Shown piece after piece: positions 1 through 12,689 of a stretch of 64,000 nt of DNA. The position numbers and the translations under genes were made by a program. The DNA comes from Takakia lepidozioides (lineage: Eukaryota > Plantae > Bryophyta), in assembly GCA_030704615.1 (NCBI GenBank), contig CM060732.1, positions 77,996,001 to 78,060,000 of the forward strand, written 5' to 3'. Position 1 is the stretch's first letter. Each line of letters starts with the position of its first letter. The notes under the pieces are model-generated. The model was not told the origin of the DNA and ran no database searches. It worked only from the letters and a program-made list of their open reading frames with translations.

Positions 1-812
1 GATTTGGGTGCTGGTTATGATAGTTGTCTAATATTGCCTCAACACCCTCTGTACCATTCCAGGGATTCCTTGGGGAGCATCTGAGAGCCATATCCATTCT
101 AGTTAGTTACGCCTGCAGGGGACTGAGTGTTCCTTTTTTGTTGTGGGTTTTGGCAATGGGACTTCATAAATATGCATGCTCCTTTCACATGTCCAGAAGT
201 AGAGGTTGTCATCTTGCATGGTATTTGCAAGTGAGGGCCTCCTCAAACAATTAGTTTGTTTCCGGTGCATGGTTATTGAAGATTGGTGTGTCATGGCAGG
301 TCAGCAGAGCCCGAGGGACGAGGAGACACATTCAAACCTGGAACGTGGCAAGCTCCTAAGTAGCATATGCACTGGTTCATCACCCTCCAAATTTGCAAAA
401 GTCCCCTGTCTAATCCCTAAAGAAGAGATGGACATCATTTTGAAGATTAGAGTAGCATTGTTACAAAGCAAATGGGCATCTCTTAAATTCTTAGAATGCA
501 CACTAGAAACTCTAGAAACTCTAGAAGAGATGCCCATTCGAGGAACTCTAGAAGTGGACATGCTATGCAGGATTGCAAAAAAGTGCTGATTGTGTAGTTT
601 GTTTAAGTGACTATCGGACATCGTAGAGTTGTGCATAACTTACTGTGCTAGCAATAACTAGTGACTTTCTTATTTCCCAGTTTGTCATCATGAGACCGTA
701 TAGTTAAGGGGTGTTTAGAATGTTGTTGCTGTTCAGGCCACACTGCAAGATGTACCTTTCTAACCCATTGAACCAAATCCCAAACTCAGAAATTGCAATA
801 TACCCAACAACA

Positions 813-2012
813 TCATTTTGCAGCCCCTTTGTGTTTGCTTTTCTTTCCTTTTCGAAAGGCTGACTGCTCTGAGACAATAATGGAGGGACTGTGGACGCCA
901 GATGGCTTGGGTCTTTTCTTGAATGCAGATGCCCGGCTCCCGAAATCATCATCAACATCATCATCATCTTGGTCCCCTTCATCTTCCCCAGTACTGGGGG
1001 CCTTGGCTTGCTGGCCTTTATAATGTGAGATACTTGATTTTGAGATAGAATCAGAACCAGGACGATTCCTTGCAGCAATGATCTTTGCCCTAAGTTTTCG
1101 TTCCACTGGGTTCATGGTACTGGCCTGTGCATGAGGCAGGTACTTGGCTCCCAATCCCAGCCTGCATCATTTTAGCCCACATGTGACTTGGCTACTTCTC
1201 GTCAATCTCTCCCTCGTAATCTCCATCAGCGGCAATGCAGTCTCCCAAGACAATTCGAGAAATCTAATTCCCCTTGTCTGCCTTCTCTAAACCAAGCCAG
1301 GAGTTCACTGCCCCAAACAGAAACAGAGACAAATGCGCTGTCTGCCTCTCTCAGCTCTCTCTCACACATAATACCCGGATGATCATAATATTTCCTTCCT
1401 TTCTACACACAGACACAAACCTAGACGGTGTTCCCAGGATAGAGGGGTAACTGCACACCTGGCGGGGCGCATTTCAGGCACGGCATCTGCAGTTGACTCT
1501 TCATCGTTAGGGTCCACTTCCGTTCCTCCTGTCATGTTCTGCACCCATGCTTTCGCCTGCCAAATTTTCCAAAAAAACGATGACTCCAAGTAAGAGCAAG
1601 CTCCGCACCTGCTAGACCAGATGATCCGAAACAAGGGGAGAGAGTAGACAGGGCAAGGTCTAATAAAATCCATCTACAGGAAAAGACATGAGTTTCGTTG
1701 AGCCCACCTTCGAAACCTCAATCTCAGTGGCAATCAATGTCACTGGAACGGAAATCACTTGTTGATAATTTCATATAGCAGGGTGTCTCTTCCAGACTCG
1801 TGACTCTAATATTCACATAAAAACACCATCCATATACCACCTGAAGAGTAGCAATTGAAACGCAGCAGTTGTGAGGATTAGAGAGGGGGGCTCACAAGCT
1901 GAAGCGCCCTGTCCGTCACAACGACCTCCTTTCTGGAAACATTATGTGCTTCCTCTGATAGGGAAGACACGTTGCGATTAGCTTCCCCAGACACGGCCCA
2001 TGTATTGAGCAT
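813..2012 (-). CDS. Conserved small plant protein with an RP.RLGLGAK motif (DUF3245-like from memory), spliced
   Basis: Exons join in frame at GT-AG sites: ...EVVVTDRALQL (ends 1896) | 1556-1459 AKAWVQNMTGG...EMRPAR | 1161-813 LGLGAKYLP...NPVERKLRAK...DDDD..SRASAFKK...stop. The start is either the ATG at 2012 or a micro-exon ATGGCTAA at 2328-2321 spliced to an acceptor near 1930 (giving MAKKEVVV). Confidence 0.75.
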
Positions 2013-2501
2013 TGGAGACCAGTCAAATCAGGAGGCAGAGAGAAAGACTGAGGTACCCAAAGACAGAGCGGGAGAGGTACAAGATAGGGAAAAATCCCAC
2101 CGGCAGGGAAAGCAAGAGATAGAGATCAAGACCCTTGCTGCTCTACAAAGCTTCACAGGTGAGGACAAATGCCTTCGGAATGCAACCACCATCACTTACT
2201 CCATCTTTCTCAGCAACCCACAACTCTGATGCTCTCCAAAACCTCAGAATTGAGCGAGGCCAGTGAGGAGACACGGGACAAGGGATGAATCATTGTTATA
2301 CAGTCATCCCGGGATATTACTTAGCCATGGTAAAAATACTCATTTTCTTTCTCTTTTCTTTTCTCTTTTCGTTTCCAGAAAGGTGGCCTACTAACGTACC
2401 AACGTACTAGTAAATGGAGACTGTCTGCCTCAAAGATCTCAGAGGCAGTCGCTGCTCATTTGTGCCGGTGCAAGGAAATGATTTGGAGGGGCTGGAATCA
2501 C

Positions 2502-2625
2502 TTGCAAAAGAGAGTGAAGGTAGAGCTGGCGCCAACGTTTCTAACTCCACACCAAATCCCACTTTGCAAATTGAGTCCAAAGTCAGGCGACTGAGCAGCA
2601 GAAGATCAACAACAAAGTTTTTGGT
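2502..2625 (-). pseudogene. Isolated ~40-codon fragment of a CYP704-type cytochrome P450
   Basis: Translation VVDLLLLSRLTLDSICKVGFGVELETLAPALPSLSFA matches the recalled CYP704B segment (MRMTLDSICKVGFGVEIGTL.P.LP...FA). Flanking sequence is not P450-like. Confidence 0.7.
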
Positions 2626-3762
2626 AGACGGCAGCTGCAACTGCGGGAGTGGAAAGTGGTGGAGCAACAAGGGAGGTAGAACTGGTGGAGTGACATGAGA
2701 GATAGGAACTGAAACTTGTGAGGGGCCACCAGCTATGGTAGTGTGTAGCACAATTGTATCAGAATCAGCCCCAGAGTCAGCCCCAACATCAGTTTCAAAT
2801 GCCTCTGACCCCCGTTCTGAGTCTGATGAGAGGGAAGCCACATGTCCAGTATTTTGGGCACCATCTATTTGAACCTCCACATCCACATTAGGAGGAACAA
2901 CGGTGGATGGGATTGTCAAGTCCACAACATCCTTTATATGAACTTTGTAGAGTTTGTGTTGTAACAAGCTCAGGAACAAAAGAAGCTCTTTGGTGGAGAT
3001 TCAGGAATGAGGAACTTCTGGAGAGAACCCTTTCTTGACGCTGAGACCTCTTGCAACATGGTCTCAGGTGTGACATCAAGCTCAGGGTTCAGCGGATCAC
3101 CAGCAATTGGTGCAATGACAGCCCCAAAGGCGACATTGGGAGTGTTGAAGAGCTTGGAGTTTGAGGGAAGTTTTGGTTCACGGCACTACCACCTTGTACA
3201 CTTTGGCCTTGAATTCCTTACAAGGTGAAGGACACAACAACTGGGAAACCTCATTGATGCCAATGTTCATAGTCTTTGTTCCAAGTGATTCGTGAAGACA
3301 ACCTGAGAAGTTGATATTATGTTGAACTGCATTCCAATCATGTGCTGCAAGCTCATCTAAAAGTGTCCAGTAACTAAGCTTAGGTGAGCTACCAACCTAC
3401 CCAAGTGGCATCAAAAGCTTATGTGCACACCTCCCCAAGTCCTTGTGCATGGATGTGTCCAAAAGTCTACATGAAACAAATCCCTGATGAACCATCTGTG
3501 TCCATTCTACCTTGGGGTCCCACTTGGATTTTACAAAGCTCTTTCATTCTATTTCAAAGTTTTCCACCAAGGTATGCTTTACCAGTAACTCATGCCCTCA
3601 CACACATTTGAAGGGTCACTGATTTCTCTGCAGGAATATGAATCAGATGCAAGCAGTGGACCAGTAGATGGAATAGAAGTAGGGTTTCCATCTGTACATC
3701 TTTACATGGCACCTGCTGTCTCGTAAGTACACGTATTCACAAGGAAAGGCAATACCCCTTTT

Positions 3763-5026
3763 TTACAATTTGAATTTCTCTCTAAAGAAGCACTGAAGAT
3801 CATGCCAGAATTCGTTTCTTGGTTCCATGACAGGCTCTGGGTGATCAGAAATACCCAAGTCCAAGTTTTTATAGTCAAGTTTAGGCCGAACCAGACCCCC
3901 TACCCAGCCCTCAATAGCAGCAGGTTCTGGTGTCATGTTCACCTCCGCGTATATATCTTCATTGCTGCATACTGGCAGTTTCCACAGCCTTCGACCGCCC
4001 TCCCCCATCAACTTTCTCCCATGAAAATTTGTCACATCTTTTGAAGCACTCTGAAATACAGTCTTGTTACCCCTAGATATGGTATCACACATGCTTGACT
4101 GTGCTTGCTCAGCCTGCTTTGCAATTGATCTTTTCTCGGCTGCTTTGGTGATCCTCTTCTTATCATGTCTGGTGATTCTCCGTCGCTGCAATTGCTTACC
4201 TGTAAACCAAGGGTCAATTGATTGTCCAGGTGCAGCAATTCTCATCTCCGCAAATACTGGTTCACAAGTGTCCTGAGCATATTTTGTGCATCGCTCCTTC
4301 GACGCTGCCAGGCACGCCCTCATCTCTCTCTCTTCACAAGCTTCCCTATCTGAGCCTTCATCCATCCTTGACTTTAAGAAAGGAAAATATGCCTTCCACC
4401 AGGGTGGCCGACATGCATTGGCTGCACTGATTGAGCAACCCATCCGTGCTCCCGCCTGCCATGAAACATCATACAGCATGGGGGCTATGAAAGACCAGCA
4501 TATGGTGCCTGTAGAACATGAACGACGGAACAGCATAGGAAACTAAACAATATTATCCCCACCTTGTGTGGATGTCTATTCCCTAAACTTCCTAATCTGT
4601 GTACCAGCTTTCTCATCAAAGAGTTTGGAAAGATTCCAACCCTGCTGCTCTACCCTCTGGCTGGAAACAGATGTGACAAATGTGGCTGTTGTTGCATTAT
4701 GAGAGAAAATGGCACGGATTCCAAAGATGGCTTGCCATTGTTGGGAGGCAACAGATCTATACATGGTTTCTCCAGAGCCTCGTGAGAGGGTAGAAGGAGA
4801 CTATAGAGATATACCTCACACTGTCCGAAAACTTTTTCTTCACACTTGTGCCAAGCATGATGCCAGCTCTCCTCATCTTTGAAGGCAAGCACATACGCCC
4901 CTTTCGAGGGGTCATCACCCTTGCCAGCAGGAACAGGCACCCTCAACAGAGGCAGAATAGGATCAAATGCCACTGTCGTAACAGCTGGGGACAAATCAAC
5001 AGGACATGACTGCAAATTCTCCCTCC
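3763..5026 (-). CDS. Conserved uncharacterized Cys-rich plant protein (5' exon not resolved)
   Basis: Exon 5026-4815 (FDPILPLLRVPVPAG.GDDPSKGAYVLAF...QCE) splices GT-AG in frame to exon 4455-3763 (AGARMGCSISAANACRPPWW...REACEEREMRACL..SKERC). The acceptor at 5027 is phase 1, so an upstream exon is needed but was not identified. Confidence 0.75.
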
Positions 5027-6450
5027 CTGAATCATAAACAATTGGAACAAATCAAAACTGGTACTCCTAAAAACTGCTGAGCTCATTCTTCAATGGTAGC
5101 TTCTATCTTAAAAGAAGCTTGTTCATTCCTCTCTTTTGACTCAGCAATTGCTTGCAGAATACCTACACAAGGCTCTCCACCTTAGAGAATCTCTTGATGT
5201 TTAATAGCGGTTTTGGCTGCTTGTTGTGGCACCATATTCATTCTTGTGTTCTACTTTCTTTCCTTGCCGTAAGCTCTTTGAGCTTCCTATGGATGTTATA
5301 TAAAGCACTTTCTTCCTTTCTGTTACCACACATCGGACTGTAGTGGACTCCAGTGGCAGATCCTTCAACTAATGCAAGAGGTGAAATCACTGCCCAAGGA
5401 TAAGATTAGGCTGCTTTTCAGAAGCAATGTGACAGGTATCACCAACCTGTAGAAGGTGCAACAGAGGACATGGCAGGGGACTGAGAAGGCAATGTCCTTA
5501 AGCTGCCATTGTGAGCAAAGTGAGACTGGTACCGACCCACCAAACTCTCCCTTTAACACTGCAGCAAATGCGTCCAGATCTGCCCCTGGTTCTGGGTTGG
5601 TCCTGTCCCACCTTTCCCATTGCTGTTATCTTTGCTTGCTTTGTTGTCTTGTAATGAAAATATGGTTACTTACATCTAAAAGTAGCATGCCAGGTTGCCC
5701 AACAACCCCAAGAATCGGACCCACCAACTTACTCCAGACTCAAACCACATAAGGCTACAGACGGCATACATATTGGAACTAAGCGAATCTGGTTTCGTGG
5801 CGGTCACTCTTCCTCTCTCGGAAGTGCCCACTCACTTGCATGAGGCACTTCGTTTCTGGGCCGTGTACAATGTTTTTGTGAAGTGAAAATCCTCCATGAA
5901 AAGCTCTCGAACAAAATAACCTAGGTCAGATCGTGTTTGCAAAAAGTTGCAGCAACCATAGTATCTCCCTTTAACTTACACGCCTTCTGTAAATACAGCA
6001 TCTGTCTCCTCAGCTCATACCAGCTTCACCATATGGACCTCAGCCCTTCATGCTTGCCTTCTTCCCTACATCAGGGTCTCTCTCCTTCTCCCTACTCTCC
6101 CATCTCTCTCATGTTCAGCTCGACAACTGTAGATCTGCCTTGCTAACGTAAGAGGCCCCCCCTCTATGAGCATTTTGGCTGCGGGCCTATCCTGCGTAGG
6201 CTCCACGTGAATACTAGTCTCTTTTATTGTTCCCAAAAACGGCCTTAGTATCGCAGATCACGAGAGAGGTGCAGGTTAGTAAACAACGGACGACCAATCA
6301 GTACTTTTGCCTAATGAATTACTAATCAGTTTTGCGACTCTGAGCGAGTGAGTTCATTGCATGTCGTTCAATGGAAGTGTCTCACGTTGCAATTTGTTTC
6401 CTCTGCCAACCATATTGAGGGAGAGAGAGGGCCATTTTGTGCGAGCTACA

Positions 6451-9400
6451 ATGGAAGGCAAATATGTTTTGATTGTGATCAGATCTGTCATCACCAGGTT
6501 GGAGAGTAGGGTGCAGAAGTTCCAGAAGGAGCAGCCTTGGCAGCGGGTGCACTACGCATGGCATGCGCGGCATCCTCCACATGTTCCCGTGGGACTTTGG
6601 GGTAGCCTGACCAGTCTCCGGCTAGCTCCGCTCCAAGCAAGAATAGTCCTGTTCTGCGAACTTCAAAAACTTGTGGGCTGATCGCTGTGCATTTTCCGAA
6701 CCTCATTGCGTTTCAGGTATTGGTCAAACAGTTTCACTGCTCTGGGAACTTCAAAAACTTGTGAGCTGATCCGTGTGCATTTTCCGAGCCGCATTGCGTT
6801 GAGATTTTTTTCAAACAGTTTCATGCGGGGCATGGGAGGTCTGTAGAGGAAGACAAACTTCATGGACAAGCGGCGAACTGCAAAAACTTGTGGGTTGATC
6901 CTTGTGCATATTCCCCAGGGCGTTGCGGTAAGTAATTTTTCAAGCCGTTTTCTGTCGATTGTTGGGAAGTGGAGACCAGTAGAGGGATTCCAACTTCGTG
7001 GACAGGGGGATGAGCAAAGAGGCCGCATACGCAAATATCCCAAAATTCAAAATACAGAAGTGGAGAAGTTGAGTAACCGATATATTGCAGACCCCTGTCG
7101 ATGGTGGGACAATCGAGGCAGAAAGACCCATCGTCGAGGAGCAAAGTTCAAGCACAAGAGTACCAACTGGATGGATAGATACAAGAAGCCTGTGCGGGTG
7201 GATGGTGAATTGGAGGAGCTGAATGCAGCTAGGCCCAAATATCCAAAAGTTCCAATTGCAAACGAGGAGAAGCTGTGGAAGGGAAAATTATCAAGCCATG
7301 GTCCACGTAGGGACAATCCAGGCAAAAAGATTCGTAGTCTAGGACCAGATTTCAGGCACAAGAGTACCAACGAGGGATTACGGATTGATAGCTACAAGAA
7401 CCCTCTGTGGAAAGGTCAACTTAAAGGCGGCAGCAAAGTTGTGTAAATCAGGCACCCCCACCAGGACGACCTCTTTTGAAAGATATTGGGATGTAAGGAC
7501 ACTGCAGGGCAGGTCAACTCAAAGAGGCGTTGCAGATTTTGATCCAAGGAGGTATTTTGGCAGACTCCAAAACTTATATTTGTCTCTTGCAGGAGTGTAT
7601 CAAGATGAAAGGCCTAGCAGAGGGCAAGCAGGTGCATTTCCACATTATCCAAAGTGGATTCAAGCCAGACCTCTTTCTACGCAACACCCTTGTCAACATG
7701 CATGCCAAGTGTGGGAGCATTGTGGATGCACGCCTGGTGTTTGACAATATGCGAGAATGAGGTTTGATTACGTGGAATATACTGATGGCAGGGTATGTGA
7801 AGCAGGGATATTGTAGGGAAACCCTTGAGACCTATCAGCAAATGATGCGGGAAAGGGTTACACCTAATGAGGTCACCTTCATTTGCGTTCTCAAGGCGTG
7901 TGCCAGCTTGGCAGATCTTAGAAAGGGCAAAGAAGTCCACGGTGACATCGTGGAAGCAAGAATTCTGCCAAATGTCATCTTGGACACTACCCTAGTGGAC
8001 ATGTATGCCAAATGCGGGAGCATCAAGGATGCAAAGGGAGTGTTCAACAATATGGCTGAACGAAATGTGGTTTCATGGGGTGCAATGATAGCAGGGTATG
8101 CCCAGCAAGGGTTCGGGATGGAGGCTTTGGAGACCTATGAGCAAATGATGCAGGGTGGGGTGAAGCCCAACCAATCTGCATTTGCAATGCCTGTGCCAGC
8201 CTGGGAGCCCTGGAAAAGGGCAAAGAGGTCCATGCTGACATCACAAAAGCTGGAATTGTGCCAAATGTCATCTTGGATACTTCCCTTGTCGACATTATCC
8301 CAAATGCGGGAGCCGCAAGGATGCAAAGGGAGTGTTCGACAATATGCCTGCACGAAATGTTGTGTCATGGGGTGCAATGATTGCAGGATATGCCAAGCAT
8401 GGCTTTGGAAAGGAGGCTTTAGAGACCTATGAGCAAATGATGTGGGAAGGGGTGAAGCCCAACCAGATCACATTCGTTTGCGCCTGCAATGCATGTGCCA
8501 GCCTGGGAGCCCTAGAAAAGGGCAAAGAGGTCCATGCTGACATCATGAAAGCTGGAATTGTGCCAAATGTCATCTTGGACACCACCCTCGTGGACATGTA
8601 TGTCAAATGCGGGAGCATCGAGGATGCAGAGGGGTTGCTCAACAATATGGCTGAACGAAATGTGGTATCGTGGGCTGCAATGATCGCAGGATACACCCAG
8701 CATGGGTGTGGGATGGAGGCTTTGGAAACCTATGATCAAATGATGCAGGAAGGAGTGAAGCCCAACCAGGTAACATTCGTGTGCGTTTGCAATGCGTGTG
8801 CCCGCCTGGGAGCTCTGGGAAAGGGCAAAGAGGTCCATGCTGACATCATGAAAGCTGGAATTGTGCCAAATATCATCTTGGATACTACCCTCATCGCATG
8901 TATGCCAAGTGCGGGAGCATCAACGGTGCAAAGGAGTGTTTGGAAATCTGGCTGAACGAGATGTGGTTTCATGGAATGCAATGACCACAGGATATGCCCA
9001 GCATGGTTGTCGTAGGGAGGTCCTACAACTATTTGAAGGAATGCAAAAGGAAGGCTTGAAGCCAAACAATATCACCTTTATATGTGTTCTCTCTGCATGC
9101 AGCCATGGGGGCCTACTAGATGAAGGCAGACACTTCTTTGATTCCTTGAGTCAAGATCATGGCCTGACTCCAACAGTGCAGCACTTTGGCTGCATGGTGG
9201 ACCTTCTTGGCCGTGCAGGGCGGACGAGGCAGAGGATTTGATCAAAAAAATGCCAATCACACCGGATGCTGTGGTGTGGAGGGCCTTGCTTGGTGCCTGC
9301 AGGAGTCATGGCAATCTGGAGGTGGCAGAACGTGCGGCAAAATCTATTCTCGAGTGGGATGGACAAGATGCTGGAACATCTATGCTGCAGTTGGTAGGTG

Positions 9401-9582
9401 GACGCTTTTGGACTGATCAGCACAGCCCCTGGGACACCTCTCCGCGACATCAAGAACCTACGGGTGTGTGGTGACTGCCACACGGCCACTAAGTTCATCT
9501 CAAAGATCGAGCAATTGTTGTACGGGATGCCAACCGCTTTCACCACTTTGAAGATGGGGTTTGTTCTTGTGGGGAGTACTTG
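6451..9582 (+). pseudogene. PLS-class DYW pentatricopeptide repeat pseudogene
   Basis: P-L-S repeats from ~7490 (..TLVDMYAKCGSI.DA..VF.NM.ERNVVSW.AMIAGYA..G) are broken by an in-frame TGA at 7758-7760 and several frameshifts (~8175, ~8300, ~8900, ~9225). Sequence from E2 through the PG box and HxE zinc ligand is deleted near 9390. The remnant ends LRVCGDCH...[19 protein letters not shown]. The 6451-7490 leader is a degenerate, internally duplicated N-terminal region. Confidence 0.85.
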
Positions 9583-10518
9583 CGAAACAGTGTTGATAGC
9601 TATGGATTGATAGGTCGGGTGGATTGTCCCTACATCAACCTTGATGGGTGGATGTCAGTTGAGAGCACTTGATGCAGCGAGGGGAGAGAGTAAGGGAGAG
9701 GGTCTTGAGCCTAGGGGAGAAGTAAGGGGAGGGCAAGACATTGTAAAGGAGAGGGTGTAGTAGATCGTGAAGTAGGAACATAACACTCTACACTTTGCAT
9801 TCTGCACTCTGCCACCCACTATAGATCAAATCTACAGGCCTACAAAGAATCTGGTGATTCAATGAGAGCCGGGAGCAGAGACGAAATATTCGATGTGAGG
9901 CGTAACAGCATGGGGTCCAGAATTCTCATCTACCGTGTTTGTGATGCAGGCGAAGTCGAGAATGTTATATGAGTTTCCATTTTTAATCTTTTGATGTCCA
10001 TATTGCAATATCTATAGCTCCTGCAGAGAGTCCACCTTTTGTCTTTCAGGACTAGTTCTTCCAGCTCGTGCTTGTCTTTCCTATTGTCATCTTGTTTGGC
10101 ACATATTGTGGGTCTTCATGTTTGTAGTGGCACAAACATGAAATAGGTGGAGGCGGCGAAGCCTGGTGGATAATCCTTGCCATATGCTGCTTTTGGTAGA
10201 TACAAGCTGCACAGAAAGAGAGTATGTGAATGGCGTTGGGATAAAATACAAGAGGTATTTTTAAATTTACAGAGTGCATCAAAACTACCAAATTGTTAAA
10301 ATTTCTAACATGTGTGTGAATTTTTTCACTGCTCTGCAGAGATTGCAGAAACTTTTGCTCTCAAAATAAGTTACAAGATTCTTATTCCGCTAACTGCCAA
10401 CAGCATCACACTTTGCCCATTGGACCACTTCAGTGATACAGGAAGAAATAATCTTCAGTTACAACTCTCCCCAAGTTAACCGGCGTCAATTCACGTGAAC
10501 AATGTGGACATTACAGAA

Positions 10519-11665
10519 CTAGAATGTTGCGCCATTCCAGCCAAAATCAGTCCTCTGCACATTCCAACACAATGCAACCAGAGGACTTAGGGTGTTGGTT
10601 ATCCCGAAGGATAAAACATGAGTTAGATACCTTGGTTCTGGAGTCAATCATCCTTTTAGAAGCCATATCCACAATAAAAGCTTAACTCATGTGCGGAAAA
10701 AGCATTTGAATGTGAGCATGTGGAACTGAGTGGATAATTGATAGGCCACAAAGCTACAACCAAATGACAACCCAAGATGTTATTTACATGAAACGAGGAG
10801 GGGATATAGGGTTCCAGTCGACTGAGGATGTATAAGGTACAGGAAAAATGCTCATAATTTTAGGAGAGCAATCGACTTACCGAAATGCAAGATGCGATGA
10901 TGTGGACTACAAAATTTTGGTGGCTTCTGTATGCTAAATTCCACAAGGCTTGCCTCAGCTCTCAATCTATTGGTGAAGTACATGCATGCACACGGTACTT
11001 ACAGTAGAGGACTGACCCTGCCTCACAACCATACCACATGCCAGATGCACGCACATACCACGATTCAGATGTCCGAGCTCCGGCACAGATTTGCACTGAA
11101 ATTTAGTAGGAGAAATAGTAGTCGAGCAGTGAGATTGAGTCCTCACCTTGACATCATAAAATTTGATGTAAAAACGTGCGGGGGGTACTGACAACTTGGA
11201 TTTCAAAATCTCCGCAAGAGCCGCACTCAGCTGCTTGTTTGTATCTGGCCCAAGCCCGCCAATTGACACGAGCTCACCATATGCCGTTGGCTCCTCACTT
11301 CCTCCAAACGACATTGGCACTCCACCTTTGAGCGACACCATAACATACTGCGGCCATACAAATGCCACAACGACCATCCCCAAACAAATCCTGTCACTTC
11401 GGTACTTTCCACCACAGACGTGCACTCCACTTCCCAACCCAAACTCAAATCCATCTCCATCCATCACGTGAACGGAATCAAACCCACAACACCCCGTCTA
11501 CCTCAATCACTCGGAAGAAAACATTGACACGAGCTGAGAAGGTAGTGAACGCACAGATTCCGGCTTGCCGATTATCCGAGCTACGGCCTTGCTGGCATCT
11601 TTGAGAATGTCGGATGTGACCACACCATCCAGAGGTACATTCGTCTGCACATTCAGCGTCGGCAT
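10519..11665 (-). CDS. MDL: MIF / D-dopachrome tautomerase-like protein (tautomerase superfamily), 115 aa, 3 exons
   Basis: Exons 11665-11555 (MPTLNVQTNVPLDGVVTSDILKDASKAVARIIGKPES), 11347-11147 (YVMVSLKGGVPMSFGGSEEPTAYGELVSIGGLG...RFYIKFYDVK) and 10554-10519 (RTDFGWNGATF*). All introns are phase-0 GT-AG, and the catalytic N-terminal Pro is present. Confidence 0.95.
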
Positions 11666-11819
11666 CGCAATTTGCAAGTCTGTCGGTCTTGACTCTGCGT
11701 GCGATCTTCTGCCTCTTCACACCACACGACCTCGCACTCGGGGACGACGAGGCTCAGATTTAGGGTTCCTCTTCTTTCCTTACTCTGTTCTTTTATTTTA
11801 TTTGTTTACTACTGAATGT

Positions 11820-12410
11820 GTTTTTTTCCTTTTTTTTACATATAAAGGAAACCTGGGAGCGACAGCCCACAATTCAGGCCCTTGAGGAGGGGGACCCCAT
11901 AGGTCTGCTTCACTCTCCACCAACACTCTAGTGCACTTTTGGCACCCCACGATTTCTCTCGCCTTATACCACATGTGGGTGCAGCGGAAGATTTTACTAT
12001 GCAGAAGTCTGAAACCTTTTGAACAAACTATTGGAAACACGGCTGAGTCTCACATAGCAGATCAGAGAGAAGAGCCGTGCCATTATGTAAAGTTTTTTCT
12101 AAGAATTTGAAAGGTGTGGCCTTCTATGCAGTCTCGCATGCTGGCTTTGTATGCCAAGTACAACCAGTGGAGGAATGTGAGGCCACAAACAGCAGGAATC
12201 ATGGAGCTCTTGAACTTTACTATTCACCACTGGATTTGGTCGATTAACTTGGGGGTGCACAGCTCAAGAAGCAGCTAGCGTTTGTTGTAGGACTTAGAGG
12301 AATGACATAGGAGCTCACGAACGGCAAGCATGCAAGATCAACACACATCCAGAGCTCTGACAAACACACAAGTCCGCCCTATCTATAAAGTTTTGAGGCT
12401 ACCCTCCCTC
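11820..12410 (-). mobile_element. Probable 5'-truncated non-LTR retroelement (LINE) 3' remnant
   Basis: An A-rich tail lies on the minus strand at ~11820-11838. The adjacent ~45 bp (GAAACCTGGGAGCGACAGCCCACAATTCAGGCCCTTGAGGAGGGG) recurs at the tail of the SINE near 43810. The upstream boundary is approximate. Confidence 0.4.
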
Positions 12411-12689
12411 TTCTTCAAAAAATATTTTTAAAAAAAAAACGATGGGCGATTCCACTGTCTATTCCGCTGAACTCAATCTCTCACTGAAGTCCTCCACTAT
12501 GAGGATCAGAAATGCTTGGCAGCTTACCTGCACCAGGCCTTCACCCTTAGACTTTCCCTTGAGCACTAGTTGCTTTTGAGCTGTTTTTGGGCTCTGGTTT
12601 TGTTTCCTCTCTTTTTGTTTTTTCCATTTTGTCCCATAAGCTCTTTGAGCTTTCATGGGTGAAGGATTCACCTTGAGCGACTGCACAGT

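Noticed and set aside
2630-3750. Possible LINE ORF1-like relic
   Set aside because: No diagnostic motif was recoverable in the frames examined.
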